Shown here piece by piece: positions 30,624 through 40,657 of a stretch of 64,000 bases of DNA. Every line of letters begins with the position of its first letter. Positions within the stretch are counted from its first letter, which is position 1. A program made the translations under genes and the position numbers. The DNA comes from Candidatus Staskawiczbacteria bacterium (GTDB taxonomy: Bacteria > Patescibacteriota > Minisyncoccia > Minisyncoccales > Staskawiczbacteraceae). The DNA is taken from positions 54,511 through 118,510 of the forward strand of contig JACPYG010000006.1 in assembly GCA_016196125.1 (NCBI GenBank). Reading direction: 5' to 3'. Under the pieces are notes generated by a model. It worked only from the letters and a program-made list of their open reading frames with translations. It searched no databases and was not told the origin of the DNA.

Positions 30624-31585
30624 GTAATTAAATGTTTTATTTGTTCTTTATCTAGCCATTTAGTATTGGAGTCTGATGAATACAAAAACTTATCAACAGT
30701 TTCTTTGCCATCTTGATGATTTTTGGTGTCCCAAAAAGAGAATTCCGGCGTAATAATAAAATATTCTTCAAATTCTTTAGCATTGCGAGATTCTTCGGCA
30801 GTTAATAACACCTCGTGTATTTTTTCACCAGGTCTTATGCCAATTATTTTTCTTTTTACTCCGGGAGCAATTGCTTCCGCCAAATCAGTAATTTTGGTGC
30901 TAGGAATTTTAGGAATAAATATTTCTCCGCCCTTCATATTTTCAATACATTTTACAACAAAGCGAACACCCTGATCTAATGTAATCCAAAATCGTGTCAT
31001 TGTTTCATCGGTAATAGTAATCTCTCCCATTTCTTTTTGTTTTTGAAATAAAGGCACCACGCTTCCGCTACTTCCGATTACATTTCCATAGCGAGCCACG
31101 CTAAACATAGTTTTACGATCTCCCGAATAACTATTGCCTTGCACAAAAAGCTTTTCAGCAACCATTTTAGTTGCCCCATAGAGATTCACCGGCTGCACTG
31201 CTTTGTCGGTGCTAATCAATATTGCTTTTTGGACGCCATTATTAATAGCTCCATCGATAACATTAACGGTTCCATCGATATTTGTTTTTATAGCTTCAAT
31301 AGGATTGTATTCGCATATCGGCACATGCTTTAAGGCTGCCGCGTGCACTACAATATCAACACCGTTAAAGGCCCTATGAAGCCTATTTGTATCGCGAATA
31401 TCTCCGATAAAAAATCTCAACCGTGGATCCTTTATCTCTCTTTCCATTTCAACTTGGGCTAACTCTCTATTGTCGTAGATTCTAACACTTTTAGGGTTGC
31501 ACTCTTTTAAAATAATTTTTGCAAATTCTTGGCCAAAAGAACCTACGCCTCCCGTAATTAAAATTGTTTTGTTGCCTAAGCTCAT
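30620..31585 (-). CDS. pseB: UDP-N-acetylglucosamine 4,6-dehydratase (inverting), PseB/FlaA1-like
   Basis: KTILITGGVGSFG and overall PseB layout. The start is trimmed to MSLGNK (ATG at 31585). Confidence 0.85.
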   Translation of the reverse strand: MSLGNKTILITGGVGSFGQEFAKIILKECNPKSVRIYDNRELAQVEMEREIKDPRLRFFIGDIRDTNRLHRAFNGVDIVVHAAALKHVPICEYNPIEAIKTNIDGTVNVIDGAINNGVQKAILISTDKAVQPVNLYGATKMVAEKLFVQGNSYSGDRKTMFSVARYGNVIGSSGSVVPLFQKQKEMGEITITDETMTRFWITLDQGVRFVVKCIENMKGGEIFIPKIPSTKITDLAEAIAPGVKRKIIGIRPGEKIHEVLLTAEESRNAKEFEEYFIITPEFSFWDTKNHQDGKETVDKFLYSSDSNTKWLDKEQIKHLIT

Positions 31586-31595
31586 ATTTTTGTAT

Positions 31596-31844
31596 TTACC
31601 ATTTTTTAATAGCATTTTTAACCCTTTCCTTGATTGTTAAATAAACTCTGTCTCCTTTTCCCATGGTTTCCGGAGAAACTAATCTTAAAATTTCTCTTCC
31701 CCAAATTCTATATTGACCGCTAACTTTATAGGTGTTGATAATACCGCCTTTAATCATTCTCTTCATTGTGCTTTCGCTAATTTTTAAAAAATCGCGAGCT
31801 TCTTTCGGAGTATATATTTTACCCGGTTTAATTTCGTCTGTCAT
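31596..31844 (-). CDS. small helix-turn-helix DNA-binding protein (excisionase/MerR-like HTH_17)
   Basis: 82 aa; YTPKEARDFLKISESTMKRMIKGGII is an HTH motif. Confidence 0.6.
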   Translation of the reverse strand: MTDEIKPGKIYTPKEARDFLKISESTMKRMIKGGIINTYKVSGQYRIWGREILRLVSPETMGKGDRVYLTIKERVKNAIKKW

Positions 31845-31872
31845 AACTAAATACTAAACCCCTCAAAATATG

Positions 31873-31902
31873 GTGTCAATAGGTGTCAAAAGAGGTCAAT
31901 AA
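31873..31902. promoter_or_regulatory. three tandem 10-bp direct repeats (GGTGTCAATA / GGTGTCAAAA / GAGGTCAATA) immediately upstream of the HTH gene; candidate operator
   Basis: Read directly from the sequence; exact 10-bp (helical) phasing, 28 nt from the HTH start codon. Confidence 0.45.
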
Positions 31903-31906
31903 GTTC

Positions 31907-32842
31907 TTAATTATTTTTATCGTACCAATCAATGGTTAATTTTATGCCGTTTTCCAAATCATATTCAGGTTTATACCCCAACATTTTTTTGGCTTTGGAA
32001 ATATCGGCAATAAATCTTACTACTTCCCCTTGCCGATTCTTTCCGAGAAAAATCCGGCTTTTGCTTTGCAAATTTTTTTTAATCAGTTTTGCCGCATCAA
32101 TAAGCTTTGAGCCCTTTCCAAAAGCGATATTAAAAGTATTATTTTTTACATTATCAAATTTTTCTACGCACTTAATAATTCCTTCCACGCAATCATCAAT
32201 ATAGGTAAAATCCAAAACTTTATCTTTTCCAAAAATCTCTATATTTTTGTTTTTCTTCATTTTTCTTAAAATAAGTGGAATGAACCTTTCACTTTGGTCG
32301 TACATGCCATACACATTGGAAAATCTGCAAATAATATAATTTATGCCGTAACATTTGAAAAAAGAGTAAATTAAAACTTCGTCTGAAATTTTGCTCGCCG
32401 CGTAAGGGCTTTCGCACCGCTCTATATCAACATCCGTTTCTTTAGAAACCATTTCTTTCTTATTTCCATAGGTTTCCCTGCTTGAAGAAAAAATAATTCT
32501 CTTTATATTATTTTTTCTGGCAAACTCTAACACATTATAAGTGGTAATTACGTTATCTCGCGCTAAATCTGGATTTACCACCAAATCATAAACCCTTGGG
32601 TTTGCCGCTAAATGCACAACCATATCGATATCATTAGGTATTTTTTCTATATCTTCTTTTTTTAATAAATCTCCGATTATAGTGAGCCTGTTTAATCTCC
32701 CGCTCCACTTGTTGTGATTTTTATCAAAACCAATAACATCGTGACTTTTTTCCAAAAGCTTTTCAAAAAGCCGTGTGCCAATTGTTCCGGAAGACCCGGT
32801 AATTAAAATTTTCTTTTTTTTATTTTCTGGAGAATGAGACAT
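31907..32842 (-). CDS. NAD-dependent epimerase/dehydratase (SDR) family protein
   Basis: ILITGSSGTIGTRLFEKL. Confidence 0.8.
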   Translation of the reverse strand: MSHSPENKKKKILITGSSGTIGTRLFEKLLEKSHDVIGFDKNHNKWSGRLNRLTIIGDLLKKEDIEKIPNDIDMVVHLAANPRVYDLVVNPDLARDNVITTYNVLEFARKNNIKRIIFSSSRETYGNKKEMVSKETDVDIERCESPYAASKISDEVLIYSFFKCYGINYIICRFSNVYGMYDQSERFIPLILRKMKKNKNIEIFGKDKVLDFTYIDDCVEGIIKCVEKFDNVKNNTFNIAFGKGSKLIDAAKLIKKNLQSKSRIFLGKNRQGEVVRFIADISKAKKMLGYKPEYDLENGIKLTIDWYDKNN

Positions 32843-32898
32843 AAAATGTTAGAACGAAATGAATAATATTTTATTGGCGAACAAGCGACTAAAATATG

Positions 32899-33786
32899 CT
32901 ATGCATATTGTTTATTTTTAAAAGATTTATTTTTATCGAAATATTTATATGGCGGTGAACCAAAAAATAACTTTCTTATTTGAAGAATGATGGGTCCTAA
33001 TTTTTTCCTAAAAGGTATAAAAGAATAACAATAACTGGCCCAACAAAATAAAACAGCTTTCTTATAGTTAGGATAACTATTCATATATTTTTTTCTTAAT
33101 GTCAAGTTTACCTTCACATTCCTTCTTATTTTGTAATTTCTATAGTGATAAGGGTCGTCATGTTCCTGGTCTAAATAAAATACAAAGAATTCTTGGAAGT
33201 TATAAAATTTACCTACCTTCCCCATTTTTAACCACAAATCCCAATCTTCTATAAAAGCGAACTGCTCGTCATAACCCCCAACTTTTTGAAAAGTATCTTT
33301 TCTGAAAAGAACTGTAGTATGGGCAAATACATTATTGATTAAAATTGCCTTTCTAATGCGTTCATCCTCTCTTGGCAGCAAGTACCGCACAATTTCTTTG
33401 CCATTTTTATCTACTTTTATCACACCGCCTCCCACCAAGCAATATTCCGGATTTTTTTCCAAGAACTCTACTTGTTTTTCTATTTTTTTATCATCACACC
33501 AAACATCATCATCATCTAAACGAGCAATATATTTTCCCTGCGCCATTTTAACGCCTTTATTTAAAGAGGCGACTATGCCTAAATTAATTTTATTGCATAA
33601 AATAGTTATTTTTGGATTATGCTTGGCAAAACTGCTAATTAATTCGCCGGTGGTATCTGTTGAAGCATCATTGACGATAATCAATTCTAAATTTTTATAA
33701 CTTTGCCTCCAAACGCTTTCTATGGCCTTGGCAATATACTTTGCTCTATTATAAGTAGGTAAAATTATTGAAACTAATGGAATCAT
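32899..33786 (-). CDS. glycosyltransferase family 2
   Basis: VSIILPTYNRAKYI...VNDASTD...DDDD GT-A motifs. Confidence 0.85.
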   Translation of the reverse strand: MIPLVSIILPTYNRAKYIAKAIESVWRQSYKNLELIIVNDASTDTTGELISSFAKHNPKITILCNKINLGIVASLNKGVKMAQGKYIARLDDDDVWCDDKKIEKQVEFLEKNPEYCLVGGGVIKVDKNGKEIVRYLLPREDERIRKAILINNVFAHTTVLFRKDTFQKVGGYDEQFAFIEDWDLWLKMGKVGKFYNFQEFFVFYLDQEHDDPYHYRNYKIRRNVKVNLTLRKKYMNSYPNYKKAVLFCWASYCYSFIPFRKKLGPIILQIRKLFFGSPPYKYFDKNKSFKNKQYA

Positions 33787-33789
33787 TTT

Positions 33790-35001
33790 TTAATTTTGGT
33801 TCATTAATTTTTGAAAAACGTCTTCATATTGTTTTATGTTTTTTTCTACTGAAAAATATCTTACTCTCTTTATGCCCTCTTTTGAAAAACTCTGCCTTAA
33901 AGAAGAATCTGATAGAACCCTTATAATTGCTTTTGACAAAGATTTGTAATCTCCTACTGGAACTAAAATTCCGCTTTTGCCATTCTCAATAATTTCTCCG
34001 GGACCCGATTTGCAATCAGTTGAAATAACCGGCGTTCCGCAAGCCATAGCTTCAACCAATACATTTCCAAATCCTTCATGTATAGAAGATAAAACAAACA
34101 CCGAGGCATTTTTCATGTACTTGAAGGGATTTTTCTGAAATCCAAGAAATGCAACTTTGTCAGAAATTCCAAGTTCTTTGGCCAGTTTTTCTAATTCTCC
34201 CCGGTCTTTCCCTTCGCCTAAAATAGCCAGGCGGGCTGGCATAGTCTTTAAAACCAAATTGAATGCGCAAAGCAAAGTGGGAAAATCTTTTTGATTGATC
34301 AATCTTCCAGCTCCTAAAATAAGAGGGGGGGTTGCTTGCGAAAACCAAGGGTGGTTTACCGGTTCTTTTGACCAATTCTGGATTCTATCGGCCGCCACGG
34401 GATAATATATTACCTTAACCTTGTCAGGAATCTTGACCACATCCAAAATACTTTCCGCCACGCCTTCTGATGCGCAAATCACCGAATCGGATAATGGATA
34501 AAAAATCCGCATTAAATGTGGCAGGATAAACATGCCGAAGAATCTGCGGTACAAACTTCTTGCGTTACTGGCAAGGCCAAAAAAGTGATTATGGTCTGTC
34601 AAAACAACTTTTACTTTTGCCCCCGAAAGAACTTTTGCCATCATGGCAAGAACATTAATGTGGGGAAAGGCAGCAACAAAAATATCCGGACGCTCTTTCC
34701 TAAGATATGCTATTAATTTAAAAAGCGCGCTTTTGATATAGGGATTGCTTAAATTTACCACGCAAATATTCTTTGGGATTTCTCGCGTAAAGCTTTCCTC
34801 TATTTTTAAGCCGACAAATGATACTGCGTATTTGTTTTGATCAATATTGTCAGTAATATTTCTCACCCATCTTGCCATTGCGGCATTTCTAAAAATAGTG
34901 TAAAAATAAGCAACTTTCACTCTGTTAAATTGTTTCGCATCCTGCGAAATACCGCTAAAAGCGGATTTAACAGGGTTAATTTTTTTAAATTCCCCTGTCA
35001 T
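33790..35001 (-). CDS. glycosyltransferase family 1
   Basis: EGFGNVLVEAMACGTPVIST motif. Confidence 0.85.
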   Translation of the reverse strand: MTGEFKKINPVKSAFSGISQDAKQFNRVKVAYFYTIFRNAAMARWVRNITDNIDQNKYAVSFVGLKIEESFTREIPKNICVVNLSNPYIKSALFKLIAYLRKERPDIFVAAFPHINVLAMMAKVLSGAKVKVVLTDHNHFFGLASNARSLYRRFFGMFILPHLMRIFYPLSDSVICASEGVAESILDVVKIPDKVKVIYYPVAADRIQNWSKEPVNHPWFSQATPPLILGAGRLINQKDFPTLLCAFNLVLKTMPARLAILGEGKDRGELEKLAKELGISDKVAFLGFQKNPFKYMKNASVFVLSSIHEGFGNVLVEAMACGTPVISTDCKSGPGEIIENGKSGILVPVGDYKSLSKAIIRVLSDSSLRQSFSKEGIKRVRYFSVEKNIKQYEDVFQKLMNQN

Positions 35002-36436
35002 TTTTTTGTAAATTTATAAAGTAAAAAAATAGAATGAAATAAGTTAATATTCCTATTAATACGGAATAAAAAATATTTAGATTATTAACTGCCGGCAGAT
35101 TGATTATAAAAAACATTACAAGGCTGGAAAAACCGGCCATAACAATAGTTTTTATAAATTTTGCATTGAAAATAGAAATGGGAGTAAAATACTTTGCAAC
35201 AATAATAGTTAGAAACAAAATAATTAAAGAAGAGATTATTGTAGAAATTATCATTCCATAAAAACCGTATATTGGTATGATAATAATGCCTAAAATAGAA
35301 CTCATTACAACTCCTGCAACTATTAAGAAAAAATTCTTTTTTTGTTCGTCGCAAACAATTAAAATTAGACTGAAAGGATAACTAATAAGACTAATGCCAA
35401 TAAGGTACATTAAAAGCTGGAAGGCTAAAATAGAGGGGTTGAAATTTGAACCATAAAAGAAATGTATGATTTTTGGCGCCAACACAATACCTCCCGTTAC
35501 CGTAGGAATGGTTAAAAAAATCATTACTTCCATTAAATGATCCCAGCTTTTTTGAAGCTTTTCTTTAGAATGAATAAAAAAATTACTCAATGCCGGATAA
35601 AAACTTCTGATAATTAAATCTGCCGGTACAACAGCGGCTAACGCTATTTTAGAAGCCGCGCTATACCAACCATTTTCTGCAATCAAACCAAAATATCCCA
35701 GAAAAATAGATGAAACAGACATATAAATCCAACTTGTCGTAAAACCCAAAGTTAAAGGCCAAGATATTTTTAAAATGCTAAAAATATTCTTGTTCCAACT
35801 TAATCTCAAAGGAATAAAATAAAAATGAAAAAGCAATAAAAGAAAGGGTAAGGCAACTACATTAGAGAGTAAATAACCATAACTTAAGTTGATAGCTGAA
35901 GGAAAATAAAAAATTACAAAAAATACCGCCCCGGCCATGATAATATTTTGCGCAATTTTGATACCGGCCTCATATTCCATTTTTTGCCGGCTTCTTAAAA
36001 AAGCATAAAAAATCCCAAAAAAACTGCTAATTAAAATAAAAAAAGACAGAATCCAAATCATTTTTTGGATTGCTAAATCCGCAGTTATAAAAAAAGAGCC
36101 CAGTATCATTAATAAAAGCGCTCCAACAGTCAAAGTAATATTTAATGTGAGAAGGGATGAAAATTCTTTTTCCTTCTCCTTATTACGGGAAAATTCCCGA
36201 GTCACCACATCAATTACGCCTAAGTCGGAGAAAAGAACTATAACCGATACAAAAGAAAATGCAAACATAAATTTACCATATTCCACCACGCCCAAAATCC
36301 TGGCTACATAAATAATCAGTATTAGACCCAAAATTCTTGATGTTATTTCAGCAAAAACCAGCCAAAAAGTATTTTTAAAAATGGTCTGCCTGATGCCAAT
36401 ATTTTCTAAAAAGACTTTTTTGATGTTTATATCCAT
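34985..36436 (-). CDS. polysaccharide biosynthesis protein / Wzx-type flippase (second copy)
   Basis: 483 aa, highly hydrophobic polytopic protein, MOP-like. Confidence 0.8.
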   Translation of the reverse strand: MDINIKKVFLENIGIRQTIFKNTFWLVFAEITSRILGLILIIYVARILGVVEYGKFMFAFSFVSVIVLFSDLGVIDVVTREFSRNKEKEKEFSSLLTLNITLTVGALLLMILGSFFITADLAIQKMIWILSFFILISSFFGIFYAFLRSRQKMEYEAGIKIAQNIIMAGAVFFVIFYFPSAINLSYGYLLSNVVALPFLLLLFHFYFIPLRLSWNKNIFSILKISWPLTLGFTTSWIYMSVSSIFLGYFGLIAENGWYSAASKIALAAVVPADLIIRSFYPALSNFFIHSKEKLQKSWDHLMEVMIFLTIPTVTGGIVLAPKIIHFFYGSNFNPSILAFQLLMYLIGISLISYPFSLILIVCDEQKKNFFLIVAGVVMSSILGIIIIPIYGFYGMIISTIISSLIILFLTIIVAKYFTPISIFNAKFIKTIVMAGFSSLVMFFIINLPAVNNLNIFYSVLIGILTYFILFFYFINLQKNDRGI

Positions 36437-36463
36437 TTATTTTTTAATTTTTAGCAAAAACTA

Positions 36464-37378
36464 TCATTGGTTTTCTGCGAAAACTATCATTTCAAAATCT
36501 TTTTTAAAAAAGGGCTTTAGCAAAAAACTGGCCGCATAAACAACAGTATATATTGAAAAAACCGATATGGTATAAAGCAGCATCTGAATAGATTTTTCTT
36601 TTTTTAATTTTGGCAATAACCATGTTCCTCCGAGCTCATGCCTCAAAGAAACATTACCGTATTCTACCTCTAAAGTTTTAAAATCTAATTTATGCATGAA
36701 TCTTTTAAAATTATCTTCTGAAAAAAGATATAAATGATAAGGAGGTATTAATACCGACCAAGGCATTTTTAACGAATGGCATATGAATCGAGTGGCTTTA
36801 AACCAAAAACAATCTATATTTGGGGTTGAAATAACAATTATTCCCCCTTTTTTCAATATCCTTTTACATTCTGAAAGCAAAGCAAGCGGGTCTACAACAT
36901 GTTCAATAATATCCCCCAAATATATTACTGAAAAATAATTGTTTTTAAAGTTTGCATCTTCTAAAAAACCATTAAAAACATTCAACTTATTACTGGCCGC
37001 AATGCCCGCAGTATATGCATTGGCCTCAACGCCATAGACATTAAACCCATATTTTTTTGCCAAAAACAAAAACTCGCCATTGGCGCAGCCCACATCAAGT
37101 AGATTGCCTTTTATGCCAAAATCAGCCAGTTTATCAATAATTTTTATAAAATTTTTGTCATATTTTTTAATTTTTTTTAAGTTTTCAACCAATTTATGGT
37201 GATATCCGGATTCTTCTGAATAAAAATTGGCGATGAGTTCTTTGGTATCTGGCAACGGATTCATAAATACTAATTTGCAATCATCACATTTTAAAAAAAC
37301 ATACTCATCTTTTTTTGAAAAAAAAGATATATGACTTAAATTACATATCGGACACTCTTTGGTTTCTTTTACGGCCAT
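36464..37378 (-). CDS. class I SAM-dependent methyltransferase with N-terminal zinc ribbon
   Basis: CPICNLS...CDDCKLVF zinc ribbon, then LDVGCANGEFL motif I. Confidence 0.75.
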   Translation of the reverse strand: MAVKETKECPICNLSHISFFSKKDEYVFLKCDDCKLVFMNPLPDTKELIANFYSEESGYHHKLVENLKKIKKYDKNFIKIIDKLADFGIKGNLLDVGCANGEFLFLAKKYGFNVYGVEANAYTAGIAASNKLNVFNGFLEDANFKNNYFSVIYLGDIIEHVVDPLALLSECKRILKKGGIIVISTPNIDCFWFKATRFICHSLKMPWSVLIPPYHLYLFSEDNFKRFMHKLDFKTLEVEYGNVSLRHELGGTWLLPKLKKEKSIQMLLYTISVFSIYTVVYAASFLLKPFFKKDFEMIVFAENQ

Positions 37379-37383
37379 TCTAA

Positions 37384-37824
37384 CTACTTAATATTAACTT
37401 TGCCTAATAATTCAGATGAACTTTGGACTTTATTCCCGCCTACATTATTAACCACCTTTATATTGAATTTTTCACATACCAATCTCTCTGATTCCGGGAT
37501 ATTATCTATGTTCCTGTCTCCGCCCTTGGCAAAATACAATTCTCCTATGGATTTTTTGGCTATAAATTCTAAAGATTTGGCAACAGTAATATCCTTATCT
37601 ATGGAAAGAAATACCTCGTCGACATAATTTAAAACCTTTATTATCTCAACTCTTTCTTTTTCTGACATAAACGGCACACTCCCCTTGACTTTTACCTGCT
37701 TATCGTTATTTACAATAACAACCAAAAAATCACCGAGTTTTTTGGCTTCCCTTATCAAGTTAATATGACCGATGTGCATTGGATTAAAAAATCCGGATGT
37801 AATTACTATTTTTTTAGCCTCCAT
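37384..37824 (-). CDS. cytidylyl/adenylyltransferase family protein (HldE domain II / TagD-like nucleotidyltransferase)
   Basis: VITSGFFNPMHIGHINLI (HxGH motif); 146 aa. Confidence 0.75.
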   Translation of the reverse strand: MEAKKIVITSGFFNPMHIGHINLIREAKKLGDFLVVIVNNDKQVKVKGSVPFMSEKERVEIIKVLNYVDEVFLSIDKDITVAKSLEFIAKKSIGELYFAKGGDRNIDNIPESERLVCEKFNIKVVNNVGGNKVQSSSELLGKVNIK

Positions 37825-37921
37825 ATATGGTTAAATTTACTATATTTTCGGTTTTTTTACAAGGCATTATTTATGTTAAAAATCTGTTTAATTCATTATC
37901 TTTATGATACGATACAGTTGA

Positions 37922-40543
37922 ATGAATATGAAAATAAACAACAACATAAACCAAGTGCTATTTTTTGGAGTTTGCTTTATTTTATTTTTACCCATCATAG
38001 TCCTTCCGCCAGACTTCCAGCCCTCCGACTGGACAAGGTCAATATTGTTTAGAATTATTATAACCGCACTTGTTTCTTTTTTATTTTTTAAATTTTTCTA
38101 TAAAAAAAGTATCTCCATAGAGTTACCGGCATGGAACAAATCTCTTTACCTGCCAATGCTCATCCTATCGGTATTTTTTATCACTTTAATCATAGCAACC
38201 ATATTTTCACAGGATATTTCATTTAGTATTTTCGGATCTCCGCTTCGCGCTGGCGGAGTGTTGAATTTACTGTTTTTCTTTATTTTTTCTATTATTTTAG
38301 CCCTTTTTATAGATAAAAATCACTGGGAAAAATTATTTAATATATTGTTTATTACAGGAGGCATAACATCATTGTTGGCCATTATACAATATTTTAACCT
38401 TCTAAAAAATATTTTTATTTCTTACGAAGAGGGTTCAACCCCTTCCTTTCTTGGAAACTCCACCGTATTGGCAATTTATATGCTTTTTCTGACTTTTTTG
38501 GCTTTTGTTTTTTTTATTCAAAAACAAAAAAGGAGAGAAAAATTATTGTATGGAGCATTATTTCTTTTATTTATTTTCACTATTTTTATCACTGGTTCAA
38601 GAGCGGCGTACCTTGGATTATTAGCCGGATTTTTATACTTTTTCTTCTTTTATCCGGCTACAAACGAAATACAAGCGCAATCAACGGAAAAATCCGGCAA
38701 ATGGCATTACTTAAAACTAAAAACTCTAAAAATAATTGCCGCTTCTTTTTTGATATTAGCCATTATTACAGTTTTATTCTTCAATTTTTTTCCCCAATTT
38801 GGGGAAAAAAATAGCTTCTTTAAAATACTGACAAGCCGCTTATCCATAGAAAAAATTGCGATGGATATTTTGGGAACAAGGCTTCCGGTATGGAAAATGA
38901 CATTAGAAGCGATAAAAGACAGGCCTCTTTTGGGATGGGGTCCCGAAAATTTTTATATTGGTTTTGAAAAATATTATGACCCCACACCATTCAGCCATCC
39001 GGTACTATTGTGGGACAGGCCCCACAACATAATTTTGGATATTGCCGTAAGTTCTGGCATATTTTCTTTGTTGATTTATTTGTTTTTTTGGATTTCTCTT
39101 TTTTGGCAATTGCAAAAAATAAAACACATTGAAAAAAATGCCGATTATTACGATGAAAATATACTAAAAACGCATGGAGTTCAATCTATGTTTATTGGTT
39201 ATTTAATAGTGCTTTTTTTTAATTTTGACAGTTTTGCGTCATATTTAATTTCTTTCTTTTTCATTGGTTATTCTTTTTATTTAATTTCTAACCGAGAAAA
39301 AAGATTAATTATTTTGCCTCTTCGTAATGTTTTTTTTAGAAAAAAATTATTGGTTTTTATTTGTTTTACAATGGTAATTATATTTCTATGGTTTTGGAAT
39401 ATAAAACCCTTATATCTTGGTGAAAAAATCACCCATGCTAAAAATTTATCCAGTGAGAGACGTTGCAAAAAAGCTTTTGATATATCAAATGGCGAAAACT
39501 GGGAAAAATCCGGTGTTTTAAGACCTTACGCCATTTTAATGTATTCCGATATTGTAAAAAGTTGCGCTTTTACGGAGCCTGAAAAAGAAGTTGAATATTC
39601 AAAAAAAGTGGTTTCTTTGCTGAAAATAGCGGCAGATGCCAAACCAAAATTTTCAAGAATCTGGCTTTTTATGGGCAGTTTTACAAATGTATTGGCGGCA
39701 AGAGAAGAAAATCCAGACAATAAAAATACGCTGATTAAAGAAGCAATAGAAAACCTCCAAAAATCTCTTCAATTAAGCCCCGGGCGACAGGAATCGTTAG
39801 CAGAAACAGAAAAAAGCCATTTAATAGCGCAGGACTATTCTGCAATGAAAAAGACGGGCGAAGATTGCATTGCGATAGACCCGCGATTTGGCGAGTGTTA
39901 TTGGTATTTAGGCCTTGCGCAAATATTTTTAAATGAACAAGAAGAAGGTAAACAAAATATAGACTTGGCAATTGCCAATGGCTATAATTATAATCCTATA
40001 TATAAGCAATTGGCTGTCGCTTATATGAGCCAAAAAAATTGGAAAGAGGCGGTTTTGGCCTATGAAAAACTCCGTCCAGCCAACGATACATCTGCCGCCG
40101 CCAGCTACTTTGCCACCCTTGCTTTTTTATACGATAAGGCCGGGAACTATGAAAAAGCCGGGTTAACCGCAATTGAAGTTTTTAAGCTTCAGCCTGAAAA
40201 TCCAGAAACCTTGCCATTCATAAAGTTATTGCTTGGCAAAAGGCCTAATAATCCAATTTTAAACTCATCATTGGCTTTCATTTACTTTAAACCAGGCCCA
40301 AAACAAGAGCTTTCCAAGGCTCGTGCCATTTATCTTCAATTATTAAGTAACGACCCCAACAATACTGAGTATCTTTCATACCTCATTTTAATCCACCACC
40401 AACTAAAAGAGCACGAGATGACCTATTTAAGAGCTGTCCAATTGATACGGTTAAATCCCCCGTCAAAAATAGGGATGGAAGAATTAATAAAAACACTGCC
40501 TTCTGGGTATTGGGAACGGTATTTACGCGAAACTCAACAATAG
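37922..40543 (+). CDS. O-antigen ligase-like (Wzy_C) polytopic membrane protein with C-terminal TPR repeats; candidate oligosaccharyltransferase/polymerase
   Basis: N-terminal ~450 aa are polytopic with a GSRAAYLGLL motif and a conserved RPHNI His region, typical of Wzy_C. The C-terminal ~350 aa are TPR-like. The gene is convergent with the glycan supercluster. Confidence 0.75.
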   Translation: MNMKINNNINQVLFFGVCFILFLPIIVLPPDFQPSDWTRSILFRIIITALVSFLFFKFFYKKSISIELPAWNKSLYLPMLILSVFFITLIIATIFSQDISFSIFGSPLRAGGVLNLLFFFIFSIILALFIDKNHWEKLFNILFITGGITSLLAIIQYFNLLKNIFISYEEGSTPSFLGNSTVLAIYMLFLTFLAFVFFIQKQKRREKLLYGALFLLFIFTIFITGSRAAYLGLLAGFLYFFFFYPATNEIQAQSTEKSGKWHYLKLKTLKIIAASFLILAIITVLFFNFFPQFGEKNSFFKILTSRLSIEKIAMDILGTRLPVWKMTLEAIKDRPLLGWGPENFYIGFEKYYDPTPFSHPVLLWDRPHNIILDIAVSSGIFSLLIYLFFWISLFWQLQKIKHIEKNADYYDENILKTHGVQSMFIGYLIVLFFNFDSFASYLISFFFIGYSFYLISNREKRLIILPLRNVFFRKKLLVFICFTMVIIFLWFWNIKPLYLGEKITHAKNLSSERRCKKAFDISNGENWEKSGVLRPYAILMYSDIVKSCAFTEPEKEVEYSKKVVSLLKIAADAKPKFSRIWLFMGSFTNVLAAREENPDNKNTLIKEAIENLQKSLQLSPGRQESLAETEKSHLIAQDYSAMKKTGEDCIAIDPRFGECYWYLGLAQIFLNEQEEGKQNIDLAIANGYNYNPIYKQLAVAYMSQKNWKEAVLAYEKLRPANDTSAAASYFATLAFLYDKAGNYEKAGLTAIEVFKLQPENPETLPFIKLLLGKRPNNPILNSSLAFIYFKPGPKQELSKARAIYLQLLSNDPNNTEYLSYLILIHHQLKEHEMTYLRAVQLIRLNPPSKIGMEELIKTLPSGYWERYLRETQQ

Positions 40544-40621
40544 ATAAGTTGGTAACCTGTACCTAAATCATATAATTCAATGGCGGTAATCTGATGATTC
40601 CACGAAACCAAAAAGTAAATT

Positions 40622-40657
40622 TAAGCAAGAATTTAAGCAAGAACGGTTCTTGCTTAG
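40622..40657. repeat. REP-like hairpin (TAAGCAAGAACGGTTCTTGCTTA, plus partial tandem half-copy) flanking the transposase 3' end
   Basis: Read directly: aagcaagaac/gttcttgctt palindrome; a second copy lies at 41366-41400. Confidence 0.7.

Noticed and set aside
31873-31902. Possible CtsR box (GGTCAAA-NAN-GGTCAAA) from the phased GTCAA repeats
   Set aside because: The repeats are GGTGTCAA with an extra G and there are three units rather than two. They sit in front of an HTH gene in a sugar operon rather than clp genes, and no ctsR is evident. They are kept as a generic direct-repeat operator candidate.
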